Notes: generated by a model not told the origin, from the sequence alone. 64,000 nt of DNA from Mayamaea pseudoterrestris (GCA_027923505.1 BROI01000015.1:558001-622000); one strand, 5' to 3'; shown: positions 35,754 to 47,814, numbered from the stretch's first letter. A program made the numbers and translations.

Positions 35754-37410
35754 ATGAAATTCTCGGCAGTAGTTCTACTTTGCGTCCTCCAGTCGACCGG
35801 CGCCTTTGTCAACGTGCAGAGAATCACGAAACCATCGTTTGTCTCCACTCGTTTCAGCACTGCAACTCCAGACAGCGCGACTGTTACTGACGATGACAAG
35901 CGCAAAACGAAAAAGGATGAACGCCTGCGCATGATGAAGTCGGATCAGTTTCACAGAAAAGGCTTCAAGGAGGTTCGAGACGACGTGGAAGCTACTATGC
36001 AGCAGCAGTTTCAGAGTAATATTGTCAAGAATTTGCGGGAAAGCAACTACTTGATGGAGAAGGATGGAGTCAAGGTTTACTTGGCCAAGGTGCGTTGTGC
36101 AATCTTTTATATGTCGAGGCTCGATTGATGCAGTCTGTTTCTTCATTTCCACGGCGATGCGTCCAAGGTCTCATTGTTTTTAATTAATGTTTTCTCGCAG
36201 GACTTTGGATTTTGCTGGGGAGTGGAGCGCAGTATTGCGCTGGCCTACGAAGCAGTCAATCACTTTCCAGATAAGAAGATCCATATCACCAACGAGCTCA
36301 TTCACAACCCCGAGGTTAATGACAAGCTTCATGACATGAATGTTCAGTTTATTGAGAAGGCTGGCGATGATGGAAGCAAGAATTTCGAAGGAATTCAGGA
36401 TGGCGACGTTGTCATTCTGCCTGCGTTTGGTGCGTCCTTTGAAGAAATGGAGTTCTTTGACAAGAAGGTAAGGAGTGTAAATGTTTGGTGGACTTTGTCG
36501 TTACCTGCCCGAACGATACTCACAGCTATAATCCGATGTAAAGAATGTTGAAGTTGTCGACACAACCTGCCCATGGGTGTCCAAAGTCTGGAATACGGTT
36601 GACAAACACCAAAAGCAAGGCATGACGTCCGTCATTCACGGCAAGTACGCGCATGAGGAGACGGTGGCCACAGTCTCTTTCTGCGAAGACTACATTTGCG
36701 TCAAGGATAAGAAAGAGGCACAGATGGTGGCCGATTACATAGTCAATGGCGGAGACAAGGATGCCTTTTTGAAGCACTTTGAAAAGGCCGTGAGCAAGGG
36801 ATTCGACCCGGACACAATGTTAAGCAAGATAGGATTGGCGAATCAAACTACGATGTACAAGAAGGAAACGCGGGAAATTGGGCAGCTTTTCCAGAAGGCG
36901 ATTATGAAGAAATACGGACCTGTTGAAGCAAAAGACCATTACCTTGAGTTTGATACAATTTGTGATGCTACGCAGGTAAGTTGAGTGTGGATAGTTATGG
37001 TAGCGTCGCTGACATTGATTGGCCAAAACATTCAAACATTTTTGAATGGTTTTATACAGGAGCGTCAAGATGCGGTGTCCGAGCTCGTCGAGAACGTGAA
37101 CGACTACGGCCTTGATTTCATTCTGGTGATTGGAGGATGGGACTCGTCGAACACGGCGCACTTGTTGGAGATTCCTGTTAAGGCGGGCATTCGCGCCTTT
37201 CACATTAACCAAGCTAGTTGCATCGGTGCTGATAATACTATCACACACAGAACGATGGACGGTCAGATTATTACGGAGCCGTTTATTCAAGATATGGGCA
37301 AGGAGGTTGTCATGGGAGTGACATCCGGAGCCTCGACGCCCGACGCTGCTATCCAGGACTCCTTGAGTAACATCTTCCTCTTGAAAAAGTCGCGAGACGC
37401 GTCTGCCTAA
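35754..37410 (+). CDS. ispH: 4-hydroxy-3-methylbut-2-enyl diphosphate reductase, plastid-targeted; introns 36090-36200, 36468-36543, 36976-37059
   Basis: [39 protein letters not shown] and TSGASTPD; presequence STGA-FV. Confidence 0.96.
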
Positions 37411-37869
37411 TACTGTCGCCGGCTTTGCCGCATCAGCTTCGCTTTCTGTCATTGGCGCAATGTTAAATCACAATAAATTTCATATTCTTGTTGTTTTCAG
37501 TCGCCCAAACACATAGTCAAACGAATGCAATATGAGTCGACTGTGTTGACGTATTAAGTCGCTCGCAGCAGTAACTGTACATGTACTGTAGTTCGCACCT
37601 AGGATGAAATACTTGATTCTGCTTTAAAAGCGCAATGTTGAATATAGCTGCGTTATAAGATTCTCTATATTCGAGCAATGTAGTTTTGTAATGATGTTGA
37701 TTTTTAAGACTTTGCGTACCGGTAGCATGCAGACATCAAACAGGTGTTACTGCCACGGGAAGGATAGCTAGTCCACATGGGGGAGAAAGGGTTCGAGTTA
37801 ACTCGCACCGCGCGGCTCCGCCTCCGCATTTTTTTCATCCGCCATCACAATCCGCAGCATTGATCGACC

Positions 37870-39492
37870 ATGGCGTCCAGCGACGGCCGCCCTATCATGG
37901 GACGCTCAACTACCTCCCACGGCAACTCCCTTCGCCCTCGGGCGACTTCAGAGATGTGCTGCAATCTCTGCCGCAAGCCGTTCACGACGACCATCTTTGT
38001 TCTCGCGTGCGACTGCGCGTTTTGTGAAGGTACGTGCGTCCATGGCCGACAACGATTCCGATCGAGCCGTCATTGCGCGACTACAGCTTGCTTGTCAATG
38101 TTAATAAGCGAGAGCAATGTATTTGGCTGGATAATCTTGTGCAGATGTGTCGTTTCTGGCGTGAATTGCATTGCCAATCATTCAGATGCTGTCATCCTCG
38201 CTCGGTTCGCTCGTCTGATATCCATGTCATTGCTGCGCCGCCGCTTTCATCTTTGCACGGCTACTATGCATTTGAACAATTCTTGGCGCCTTTACGAGAT
38301 CTTGTTGAGACTGTTCCTTCGATCGGCCTTGAGACGTTGCAGTCTTCTCCGCCTTTCCTCTTTCCGAGCGAACGCTATACCTCGAATCGTTCCGACAGCA
38401 ATGAGATTGACTGCCGCCTTTTACTAATGCCGCCGCCTTTATTCTATTCTTTTAGAATGCACCTACGATCATTTCACGAAATATTCGGACTGTCCTACAT
38501 GCAAGAAAGTCTTGACGAAGGCGGACTTTGCGGAGTTTCAGGTAGCGGAGCCGTCGGCCACTTCGGAGGCCAATTACAAGAATTGCATGCAGTTCATCTT
38601 TACCAAGCGAGCCTCCGGAGGCAAAGGGCTTACCAATGTTGACGCGTGCTCTCGCGCTCTCAAACAGATTGATTCGAATACGCGCGCTGTCAAGTTCCTT
38701 TTCCGTCAGTTCACGAAGGAGAAAACGAACGACCAGCTGAAGATTGATTCGATGAAGCACGAGAATCACACTCTCAAGGAGGAGCTCACGCACCACAAGA
38801 CGCTTTTGCATACCCATCAGCAGGACGCGGATCATAAGCTTGCCGATATGCAGACTCAGTTGGCGAATACAACCATGGCGCTCCAGGAGCAGAAGAAACA
38901 AAATGCTCAGCTTCGCGAGATGTATGCCAAGAAATGTGACGACTTGCCTCCAGCGTCGTCTCATACTCACGGGTCCGGAGGACGACGCGGCCCGTCGAGC
39001 CACTCCAGTCAGCAGCAGCAGCAATTCGGGACGCAGGTGCAGCCGACGCAGGGCCATTCACGTCAGCAGCACCGTTCGAACCAGCATCAAGTGCAGCCAC
39101 AGTTTGCTCCTCACCATCGCAACCCGCAGCAGCAGCAGCCTCAGCCTCCGATGCGGAACATGGCTCCTCGCGTCTCTCTTGGCGTCAATACTGTCCGTCC
39201 TGTTTCTGCCGCTACGCGCAACGGATACGAGCCGTTCACGCCAATCCAGGTGCCGCCTCAGTATCGCTCGACTGGGTCCGGAGGGTCGACTGGTTCCGCT
39301 CACTCTCGCACTAGCAGCAACGGCGGAGGACGTATGCATGATTCCCGCGAGCAGTATGCCTTCCACGGTGGCGCTCCAGGCGGCGGCGGCAGCAAGTACT
39401 CGTCAGGATCGGGATTTACTCCAAGCAGTCGCTTCCAGACCGGTGCAAGCTTTGGCAGCAACCAAAGTTACGCTTCCTTTGGACAGCGCTAA
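37870..39492 (+). CDS. RING + coiled-coil protein, HEI10/RNF212-like; intron 38030-38455
   Basis: Spliced RING CNLC-x-CDCAFCEEC-x-CPTCKKVL, then a coiled coil and a Q/S/G-rich disordered tail. Confidence 0.65.
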
Positions 39493-40256
39493 ACACTCAC
39501 ACGCCTCTAAATCGCTCTGCGATTTCAAGTATTGTGCTTTTGGTCGCTCTTTGAACCTGCACGAAAATACTTTGCGTCCTTTCTCTACCTCTCTGGCAGA
39601 TTTGTCGTCTGCCGTGCACGTCCAAGCCCTCCATCAAGCTCTTGACATTCGAGTCAAACACATGTCTACTTCAACTGGCGAGGTGTAGACTGTATTGAAT
39701 GAATGTACATAGATAGCTCAAATTAAAGTGAAACGATATTGATAAAATGTCATTTAGGCTCGTAGTACCTGAGCTGGAAGCAGCGACAGACTCATGTCGT
39801 CGCTATTACTGATACCATGAACTTGGGCAATCAACGTCTCAGTAAATACCGGCACACGCAAGCCTCGCTTGCGCTCGATGTATAGCGATGTTGATTCTCT
39901 TTGTGGAGAGAGATAAGGGAAAATTGTTAGCTAACCACCTTCATGCGTCCAGCGGCGAGAAACACGACTCAACATAAAGAGTCATGGTGCGACAAATGGC
40001 ACACTCGGAACCGCGCGACTATCGAGCTCGTCACCATGAAACAATCGGCTCACGACGAGGCCTTTTTCGCTAGCTTGTACCTCCTTTAGACCGTTGAAGT
40101 AAACTGATCGAATTAAGCGTGTGATACTAGGAGAAGCGATCAGTTTTGATCAAATCGCACCAACACACAAGTCGCCCAAACTCGAATCGTCGACAACCGA
40201 CAACGCCATTGCCGTGCAAAATCAAGTATCCATCGGCACCTGAACGAGGAAAGTAA

Positions 40257-43200
40257 ATGTCTCATCAGCAAAATATTCACCAGGACGGAGCTTCAGACTC
40301 GTTTGGGCATTTGGCTGTGAATCACGTGCATTGTCACCATTTGGAGGATGACCCAGCGGAAGCTCTCTTGTCTCCGGCAACACCCTTGAGCATTTCACCA
40401 AACACGCCAGCGTATGCTACTTTGCCTGCTTCTGCTTCAGCTGAATCTCACGATCATCATGGTTCCACATCGCCGTGGATTCCTCCCGTTGCGCCTGCCG
40501 TCCTGGTGGTGGAGGAGCGCGGCAATGATGGCGACGGAGACGACTCTTCGGCCAACTCGAACCGCTCCGGCCGATATGCCTACCCAGTGGCTACCTTTGT
40601 GCGAGACTTGGTACGAACGGGCATGGAGAATGTGCACAACGTTCGCATCGCCGCGAGTGCTCATGCTACAGATGTTGCAGTCAATACGGGGCGAACGGCA
40701 AACCATTTAATGCTCAATGCCATGCAGAGCGAGCCTGCACTTTATTCAGGATCGTCTCAACATTCTGCCATGCCTGTCACTGCATATTCCGCACGAGACT
40801 TTAATATGCCAATGGCTCTCAATGACGATGCTGAATTTATTCTCGTTGACGGAGACTTGATTGCCATTCCTCCGCCGCCAAACGCCATGGAACAGGAAGG
40901 CATTGAGGCTATGCTGCACCAGCAGTCGGGTGCGAATCGGGCATGCCGGCCGACAAGGTTTCGCAGAGGGGTACGCAAGCTCAACAAGCTCTTTCGGCGA
41001 AAAAGAGAGGATAAGGAGCGTTTGGCACTGCCGCCGCAGGAGATTGAAGCAATCACGTCATCATTGTCGACGGCGACAATGACGAGTGACGCGGCTATTG
41101 TTCCTACTGTAACGTCAATTACGCAAAGTGAAAGCAACCAGTCGGATGCTGCGAACATCAACCCTATTTCGAGAAGGCAAGCCGGGGCCTCAATTGGAGA
41201 TCCTTCACCGACGACGTCGACCGCTTCGTCAGTGCAATCGAAGAAGAATCGAAAAAAGATGCTAACTTGGCGACAACCTCAGCAGCCACTGTCCGAAACT
41301 ACTCGGGAAGGTGCTGACTTTAGGCATGAACAATTTGCAAACGCGGCGGCGTCTACTTCTGGTCTCTCTCCGTTCTTGTCAGAGACTCCTTTTGCTAATG
41401 GCTCTGCGAACGTAGCGAGCGCTGCATATGGGACTGCCACGGCTAGTTTTGTTGGGACTGCAGATCAATTGCTAGAGGCAGATGTGTTGGGTGCGTCGAT
41501 GTCGGCGGAAGCGTACGTTGAATTTGATGATCCCTATTCGAAAAAGGATGAAGGCTCTAGCAGTCAACTAATGAGCTTGGTTCCTCGCGACGCCGACTAC
41601 AAGGTTGACAAGGCGGATGCTTTGGATGTTGAATCCATGCTACGCCGAGCAGCATATGAAACAACGAATGACATTGACATGTTTGAGCCGACCACTCCTC
41701 TACTGAAGCGACAGCTAACTGGAAAAACAACTGGATCGTCAATTCCACTGAGCCTTTCGTGTGCCCAAGACGATTCATCGCATGTCCATAATGACATGCT
41801 GAAGGTAGTAATGGTCGGTTGTCTGTTCGAGAAGACGTGGCTTGCACGAGCAATTCGAGACACTGCTAAGCGACCGCGTAAACGATCGACACTTGGAGTT
41901 GACGTCCATACTTGGTCCCCGGCGGACTCTGAAGGCGATCCTATAAAGTTAAGCATTTGGGATGTACAGGGTACCACAAGCACACTCGATGGATGTCCAA
42001 ACTTTGGAGGCCACCCCGCGACTCAGTCGTTGTTTTTCTCAGGCCAAACGCTGTACATCTTGGTGTACGACCTAGCAATCAATAATCCAAAGACGCAGGC
42101 AAAGAGACCAGTAGAGTTTGATTATGATGACGAGGATGACGACTATGACGACGAATTTGTGCAGGAAGAAGCCGATCGGCGTGCTGATCGTGCCCTACAG
42201 GCTGACATTCAAAGTCGCGTTCTAAGTTGGGTGCAGTCTATTGCAAAACGCGGGCCAAAATCCGCCATTCTTCCCGTAGCAGTGGTACCTGAATCAATGA
42301 ATATTGATGAAGCGAGACGGCGGAGTATTGTAATGCAGAGTCTTATTGAAGAGTATGTTGATCGCATTGCTGGCGACGCAGACGCGCCCAAGCTTCTTAC
42401 AGGTGAGGAGGATGTTCTTTGCGTTCGATACTCGGATGGTCAAGGCATTGAACAATTGCGAGAAATGATTTACGCAATTGCTACCGACAAGACACAGAGT
42501 GTATTCGAACATGTGGGAACGCCGGTTCCAGCCGGCACGGCACAAGTGTATGATATGATTCGCCGACTTAAGCAGGACCATAAGCTTATTCTCGTTGACC
42601 ATCTCTTCGGTGAGGTGGATAAGTTTTTAGACTTTGACGGACTTGTTCGCATTTTAGAGTTTCTCGACAGCATTGGCGAGATTCTTTATTATTCGACCGG
42701 CGATGAAGTTCTGTCGCGGTATGTCATTTTATCACGAAAATGGTTGGTATCGGCACTGTCTTGCATTCTCCGCAACGATTTGAACCGGGAGTTGGAAGAA
42801 ACGAGGCGATTTATGAACATGCAATGCTTGTATTCCAGTCACAAATTCCAAGAAAATGATATTGTTAAAATGCTTGCCAGTGGCACGACTTCCAGCTGCC
42901 CCTTATTGAGTGACAGCGATGCTAACATGCTTTGGCAGTCAATGAGTTTTATGAGGGAGGCGGCGGATCACTACTCGCAGCTCGATGAGAACAGTACAAC
43001 AGCTCCGTCAATGTTCTATTTTCTTGAGAGACTCTTGGTACATAGCGGAATCTTCGTACCGCTTGGGATAAACCAAGCTTCTCTTGACAAATCTGAGGTC
43101 TTTTTCGTTCCAAGCATCTTGGCGCAAGTTGATGCTCGCGACATCTGGAGTTTTAAGTCAAGTGACAGCTGGATGTGTGTGCTCAGCAACTCATGGCTGT

Positions 43201-44744
43201 TTCGTCAAGGAGCACCGTCAAACTTGATGGAAATTTTGTCAGTAGACCTTTTGAAAGGACTGTTTTCGTTTTCCAAATCATTCCAGCCCATCTGTCGTCC
43301 TCAGGCACCCAAACGCGCGAAGACGGTTCCTATTCGCGGTCCATCATTTCATGAATTTTACGAGGATCATGACGATCAGATTGTTGGACGCGTTAGAATA
43401 CATCAGATCATGTGCTGGCAAACATCAATGCTCGTCAAGATCGGAACAGTATTTGCCGATAAAGAGTCTGACCAGCTTCGCGAAAGTTTTGTTGAAATTC
43501 TTGTGACGGTGGTTGACCAGACTTCCAACATTTGCGTTGCCTCTGATGCGATGCGCTCTGGAATGCATCGAGTAATTGTCAGTGGGAAGGGACAGGTTGG
43601 TCACCATGGTCGAAAGCTTTGGGAAGGTGGATACCAGGTTGTTTTGGACTCGATTCGATCGACTCTTGAAAGCTATGCTAACGTTGATGCCCAGATAGTT
43701 TGCCCAGAGTGCCTCGCCCATTCGTTACCGCACAGTGCCTGTACGTGGAGCCAAGACAGCGTTTTGGCCGTCGCTGAAGGCGGAAGTGCTTTGGTGCGTT
43801 GCATGCGAGGACATCGCGTTGACAGCAATCTCATTTGTGGAAGGTGCAGGGATCACTCAGCAGCAGTCACTCCACTCGACGCAGCTGGGATCCGCCACGC
43901 GAAACCAGTTTCCGATATGCTTGCGAGTGTTGTTCTTGTGGGCCTGTATGACCCTCATTCTAAATGTATCGCAAGCGTTGGGTCTGGCTTTATCGTCGAT
44001 CGTAAGCATGGTCTCATTGTGACTGCTGGTCATGTCGTCTTCGACATGGAAGGCAGGCATTTTGGAACGAAGTATTTTGGAATAAAAGACGCCAAGGTAG
44101 TAATTGGACTTTGCAGCGAGGTCGGCGACAATGCAGTTTTTAGATACTTTGCGGAGGTTGTTGCGGATGATATTCACAATGTTGATGCAACAGTGCTTCA
44201 AATTTATTCTCGAATGGAAAATGATGTCGACGATGATGGACCGGGCTGTGCTGGTCAGTCTGAACGAAAGCTTGGTCTCCCAGCCATGCAGGACGAAACT
44301 CTACGATCGCTAAAGCTTACCACTCGTTACGAGCTTGAGGAGGCGGTTCGAATTCTCGGTTTTAATCAAGGAGGCGAAGGAATATTTGAAAAAGGCAAGC
44401 ATATAAACCGCTCGTTCGATTTTGCTAAGGGATACGTTTGCAAGATTTTCAGGGCCTCCATGTCCGACGATAGCAGCCATAGCTCAGATTCGAGTTCTCA
44501 TTGCACCTTTACGCCACGGGAAGAAATTGTTGTTATGTGTCCTACCATTTCTGGTCACAGCGGAGGTCCTTGTGTGAACGATGATGGCAAAGTGGTTGGC
44601 ATCTTAAGTCGAGCTGACCCTGTCGATCGACAGCGATGCTATATTGTCCCAGCTAACGAGATCAAGGGGCTTGTGGCCAAAGCTCGTACACATGTGATGA
44701 GATCAGCTGCTAGCAATCAAGCCTCGTTGTCGAAGTCAATTTGA
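40257..44744 (+). CDS. ROCO-family protein: disordered N-terminus, degenerate Roc, COR, Zn module, trypsin-like serine protease
   Basis: Roc: LKVVMVG..EKTWLAR, STLGVDV, IWDVQG, TQSLFFS...LYILVYDL. COR: YVILSRKWLVSAL, FFVPSIL. Zn: CPEC...VRCMRGH. Protease: GSGF, TAGHVV, VDAT, GHSGGP. Confidence 0.85.
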   Translation: MSHQQNIHQDGASDSFGHLAVNHVHCHHLEDDPAEALLSPATPLSISPNTPAYATLPASASAESHDHHGSTSPWIPPVAPAVLVVEERGNDGDGDDSSANSNRSGRYAYPVATFVRDLVRTGMENVHNVRIAASAHATDVAVNTGRTANHLMLNAMQSEPALYSGSSQHSAMPVTAYSARDFNMPMALNDDAEFILVDGDLIAIPPPPNAMEQEGIEAMLHQQSGANRACRPTRFRRGVRKLNKLFRRKREDKERLALPPQEIEAITSSLSTATMTSDAAIVPTVTSITQSESNQSDAANINPISRRQAGASIGDPSPTTSTASSVQSKKNRKKMLTWRQPQQPLSETTREGADFRHEQFANAAASTSGLSPFLSETPFANGSANVASAAYGTATASFVGTADQLLEADVLGASMSAEAYVEFDDPYSKKDEGSSSQLMSLVPRDADYKVDKADALDVESMLRRAAYETTNDIDMFEPTTPLLKRQLTGKTTGSSIPLSLSCAQDDSSHVHNDMLKVVMVGCLFEKTWLARAIRDTAKRPRKRSTLGVDVHTWSPADSEGDPIKLSIWDVQGTTSTLDGCPNFGGHPATQSLFFSGQTLYILVYDLAINNPKTQAKRPVEFDYDDEDDDYDDEFVQEEADRRADRALQADIQSRVLSWVQSIAKRGPKSAILPVAVVPESMNIDEARRRSIVMQSLIEEYVDRIAGDADAPKLLTGEEDVLCVRYSDGQGIEQLREMIYAIATDKTQSVFEHVGTPVPAGTAQVYDMIRRLKQDHKLILVDHLFGEVDKFLDFDGLVRILEFLDSIGEILYYSTGDEVLSRYVILSRKWLVSALSCILRNDLNRELEETRRFMNMQCLYSSHKFQENDIVKMLASGTTSSCPLLSDSDANMLWQSMSFMREAADHYSQLDENSTTAPSMFYFLERLLVHSGIFVPLGINQASLDKSEVFFVPSILAQVDARDIWSFKSSDSWMCVLSNSWLFRQGAPSNLMEILSVDLLKGLFSFSKSFQPICRPQAPKRAKTVPIRGPSFHEFYEDHDDQIVGRVRIHQIMCWQTSMLVKIGTVFADKESDQLRESFVEILVTVVDQTSNICVASDAMRSGMHRVIVSGKGQVGHHGRKLWEGGYQVVLDSIRSTLESYANVDAQIVCPECLAHSLPHSACTWSQDSVLAVAEGGSALVRCMRGHRVDSNLICGRCRDHSAAVTPLDAAGIRHAKPVSDMLASVVLVGLYDPHSKCIASVGSGFIVDRKHGLIVTAGHVVFDMEGRHFGTKYFGIKDAKVVIGLCSEVGDNAVFRYFAEVVADDIHNVDATVLQIYSRMENDVDDDGPGCAGQSERKLGLPAMQDETLRSLKLTTRYELEEAVRILGFNQGGEGIFEKGKHINRSFDFAKGYVCKIFRASMSDDSSHSSDSSSHCTFTPREEIVVMCPTISGHSGGPCVNDDGKVVGILSRADPVDRQRCYIVPANEIKGLVAKARTHVMRSAASNQASLSKSI

Positions 44745-45189
44745 TAGCTGAGAGGACATGCTTAAAAAAATACCACACGGAGTGCTTGATACCCAACGAA
44801 GCGACACCCGTCCATCGCTGCAGAAGCTGCCGGCCCCGGCAGCAGTAGCATATATATCTGTACCAGTAAAAGCACCAGTCGAGCAAAAATATCACCTCTC
44901 AGCTATTTAAATTCGTGCATTGCATTCGTATGCCCGAAGCTCTTTTCTAATGCCAAGTCCGCCTCATAAAGTGCGCAATGCCCCAATACTAATCTACAGT
45001 ACTCGGACCATAGTCTTGCTTTAAACTAATTCATTTGTTTAACGAGTCCGGTTTTGGTCCCGTAATGCAATTGGAAAAGGGATTCACCCTATACCGGTGG
45101 GATAATGTCGTGCCGCGCCGACGCGGTGGGACGCACGAATGCCAATCATCCTCATTTTTTTTCTTCCATCGTCGAGCAAGAGGCTCATC

Positions 45190-47130
45190 ATGCTACGACG
45201 GGCATGGAACAAGCACAAGCCTCACGATGACGATGATTTAACATTATCACCAACGAAACAAGATGTGAGTCATGCAAGTAACGGTGAACCAACGAATATG
45301 GCGACGATGACGAGTGACTCGCTGCTGCAGCATGACGACGAACATGCCGATGAATGCACGCGCAAGGGAACAATATGGCAATGCTGGAGATTGCTACTGC
45401 AGCGCGCACTTCGACCAAGTAACTATAAGCTCCAAAAAGAGTACAAGTCCATGTGTCGTTGTTTTGTCTTGGTCGTTTGCCTAGCAATCATTGCTCTTTT
45501 TCATTCATCGATTCTTCGACAACGGCTACTGCAGCTTGGAGAAGATTCCCTTCTGAGGCCATTGCTGTCGATTCATATTCAGCCATCTAGTATAATGGAA
45601 ACGAAGGACTCATTGGAGACTGGAAAGTTTTGCCTGCCCAAGCATGGCATGTGGAAGTGCTACGACTGTGGCAAAGACGACAATGAGAAGAATGACAAAC
45701 ACACGCAATCCAAAATGGCGATAACAGCTACTACAAGTAGCAGCAGCAGCAGCACTCAAACATGGCATCGCAAGCCAAAGAGGGAACGCTGCAAGAAACT
45801 ACAACCCCGCGGCAAATGCAAACCCTTTTTGATTCCACGTCGAGACGTTCCAGTGCGAGTTCGCCCGTCACCGTACGACGGCACCAGTCGCTCGACACAG
45901 TCAACGCGCACGCTGGGATTGCGGCCACGGTTCTTCTACGAGCAGCAACCCACTTGCGCGACTCTGGATGATTGCTGGGATTTGAGTCGTTGCATGCAGC
46001 TGCTGACAGAAAACGATAGCGACATGCCCGTTCTGACAGTCTACTTGAATGAAACTGACAAGCAGCACTATTTGCTTGACTACTTGACGAGACAAGCAGT
46101 AGCCAACTCGTCACTATCGTCCTTTCGACTGGAGCGAGTCAATGATCACTCCAAAGCTTGCTTGGTCTTGGTCACGCCACAAACATACGAGACTGCCAAT
46201 GACCTTTTATCATCGGAGCATTGGCGACACACGTACCGCCGCAAGCATCGCCACCACCAACACGGAACGAACCATTTGTTGTGGCACACCTCCTACTTTT
46301 TCCTGAACGACACCAAAACGATTGACTTGCCGTTTTCGCTCTCGTGGCACGCCGCGCACGCCGCTTTGGCCAGCGCCTCCTTGGATCGCGCCAGTCACCG
46401 ACCAAACTACGACATGGTGCTGCCACTGCCGCGCATGTGGGGACGAGCGGAGGCGCCGCAGTTGGTGCTGGACAATGTGCGACAGTCGCAGCAACGACGT
46501 AAGTGGCTACTGGGGTTTCGCGGCAAGATTCAGGCGACGCCGCACGTTTACTACCATCATCGTTGGCTGGCGGCGGAGTATTGGTTAAACGACGAACATG
46601 AAGACAACGACATTATCGTGGACGTCAAGTGCCAGCGCGAGCAACTACCTTCAGGTCGCAAAGTGGTTGAAAAGGACTACGACAACCAGTTTAGTTACGC
46701 CAACTTTTTATGGGACACATACTTTGGATTTGCTCCTGGAGGATCTGGCGTTGGATCATTTCGGTTTGGCGAAATCTTGTCGACCGGAGGCATTCCCGTC
46801 ATCTTGCCCGACTATGTGCCTCCCTTTGCACCAGAAGTGGACTGGTCCGAATGCGTCATTGTGGTGAGCGAGGCGCGCATCATTGACTTGCCAAACATAT
46901 TGCGAAGAATACCGTTGCATGAAGTAACGCGGCGACAAGAGGCTTGCTGGAAGCTCCTCCAAGTGACACTTGGTGATACAACGAACGGCATGTTTCTCGG
47001 CAAGAAAAAAGAAGCTGGCCTTTGGCACGACGATGAGCGAGTGACCTTTCGTCTCGCCATGGAACTTTGGGTTGCGCGCATTGTCAACGCTATGACAATG
47101 AAACAACGCGTGGAACGTCTCGTAGGTTAA
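45190..47130 (+). CDS. Exostosin-family glycosyltransferase (GT47), type II membrane
   Basis: N-terminal TM helix; RKWLLGFRG, FGFAPGGSG..SFRFGEILSTGGIPVI and PFAPEVDWSEC. Confidence 0.88.
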   Translation: MLRRAWNKHKPHDDDDLTLSPTKQDVSHASNGEPTNMATMTSDSLLQHDDEHADECTRKGTIWQCWRLLLQRALRPSNYKLQKEYKSMCRCFVLVVCLAIIALFHSSILRQRLLQLGEDSLLRPLLSIHIQPSSIMETKDSLETGKFCLPKHGMWKCYDCGKDDNEKNDKHTQSKMAITATTSSSSSSTQTWHRKPKRERCKKLQPRGKCKPFLIPRRDVPVRVRPSPYDGTSRSTQSTRTLGLRPRFFYEQQPTCATLDDCWDLSRCMQLLTENDSDMPVLTVYLNETDKQHYLLDYLTRQAVANSSLSSFRLERVNDHSKACLVLVTPQTYETANDLLSSEHWRHTYRRKHRHHQHGTNHLLWHTSYFFLNDTKTIDLPFSLSWHAAHAALASASLDRASHRPNYDMVLPLPRMWGRAEAPQLVLDNVRQSQQRRKWLLGFRGKIQATPHVYYHHRWLAAEYWLNDEHEDNDIIVDVKCQREQLPSGRKVVEKDYDNQFSYANFLWDTYFGFAPGGSGVGSFRFGEILSTGGIPVILPDYVPPFAPEVDWSECVIVVSEARIIDLPNILRRIPLHEVTRRQEACWKLLQVTLGDTTNGMFLGKKKEAGLWHDDERVTFRLAMELWVARIVNAMTMKQRVERLVG

Positions 47131-47814
47131 GAAGAGACTCATAACATTTTTGTTTGTTTTTGCCATAGTTGCTGCAGTGTAGCTCGCTGGTTGCGTAGGA
47201 CGCAGACGAGTTGAAAGGCCGCCTCATCATTGCCGATACTGACATCATCTTGCAGCGCTCCATGCACGGCAAGTTTGGTCGTTGGCATGTTTGCCTTGTA
47301 TATTGCCGCCGTCATCGATGCACAACGACAGTAGCTTGTCGGACCTGCCTAATCGGGTCACACTCATCGTCTTCGTCACCCATAATAATTGGATACCGGT
47401 CCTCGTCACTGTATAGTTTGTTGGAAGCATTGTCAACTTCGTCACAGTCTTCACTAGTCGCGACATTGTCTTCGTATTATCAACTTCCTCCTCCTCCTTG
47501 TCGTCATCTTCGTCAAATTTCACCAGACAATGGAACAGTCCATTCGTTGCGCGTGCGGTCCACAACACTCGCCTGCAGCACATTGGAACTGAAGTCGCGA
47601 TAGTAAAAGGCCAAGTCATACAAGGCTGGTGAGAAAAAAATACTTGGTGATTGATTAAGCTGCAGCGGTATCCGAGCCCCGCTACACCGACGACGCGACA
47701 GACACGCTCCTGGAATATCGTGCAAGTGCACGAACGAACTTTGATATGGGTCCACCATGTAGGTTGTTCATTCTTGAATAATTTCTGGTCACAAAACTTT
47801 ACTGTATCGCTCCT

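Noticed and set aside
37770..37830. GGTTCGAG resembling a tRNA T-loop / B-box
   Set aside because: No cloverleaf stems around it.
38452..39688. Long alternative-frame and antisense ORFs over the RING gene
   Set aside because: A by-product of GC-rich, CAG-rich low-complexity coding sequence.
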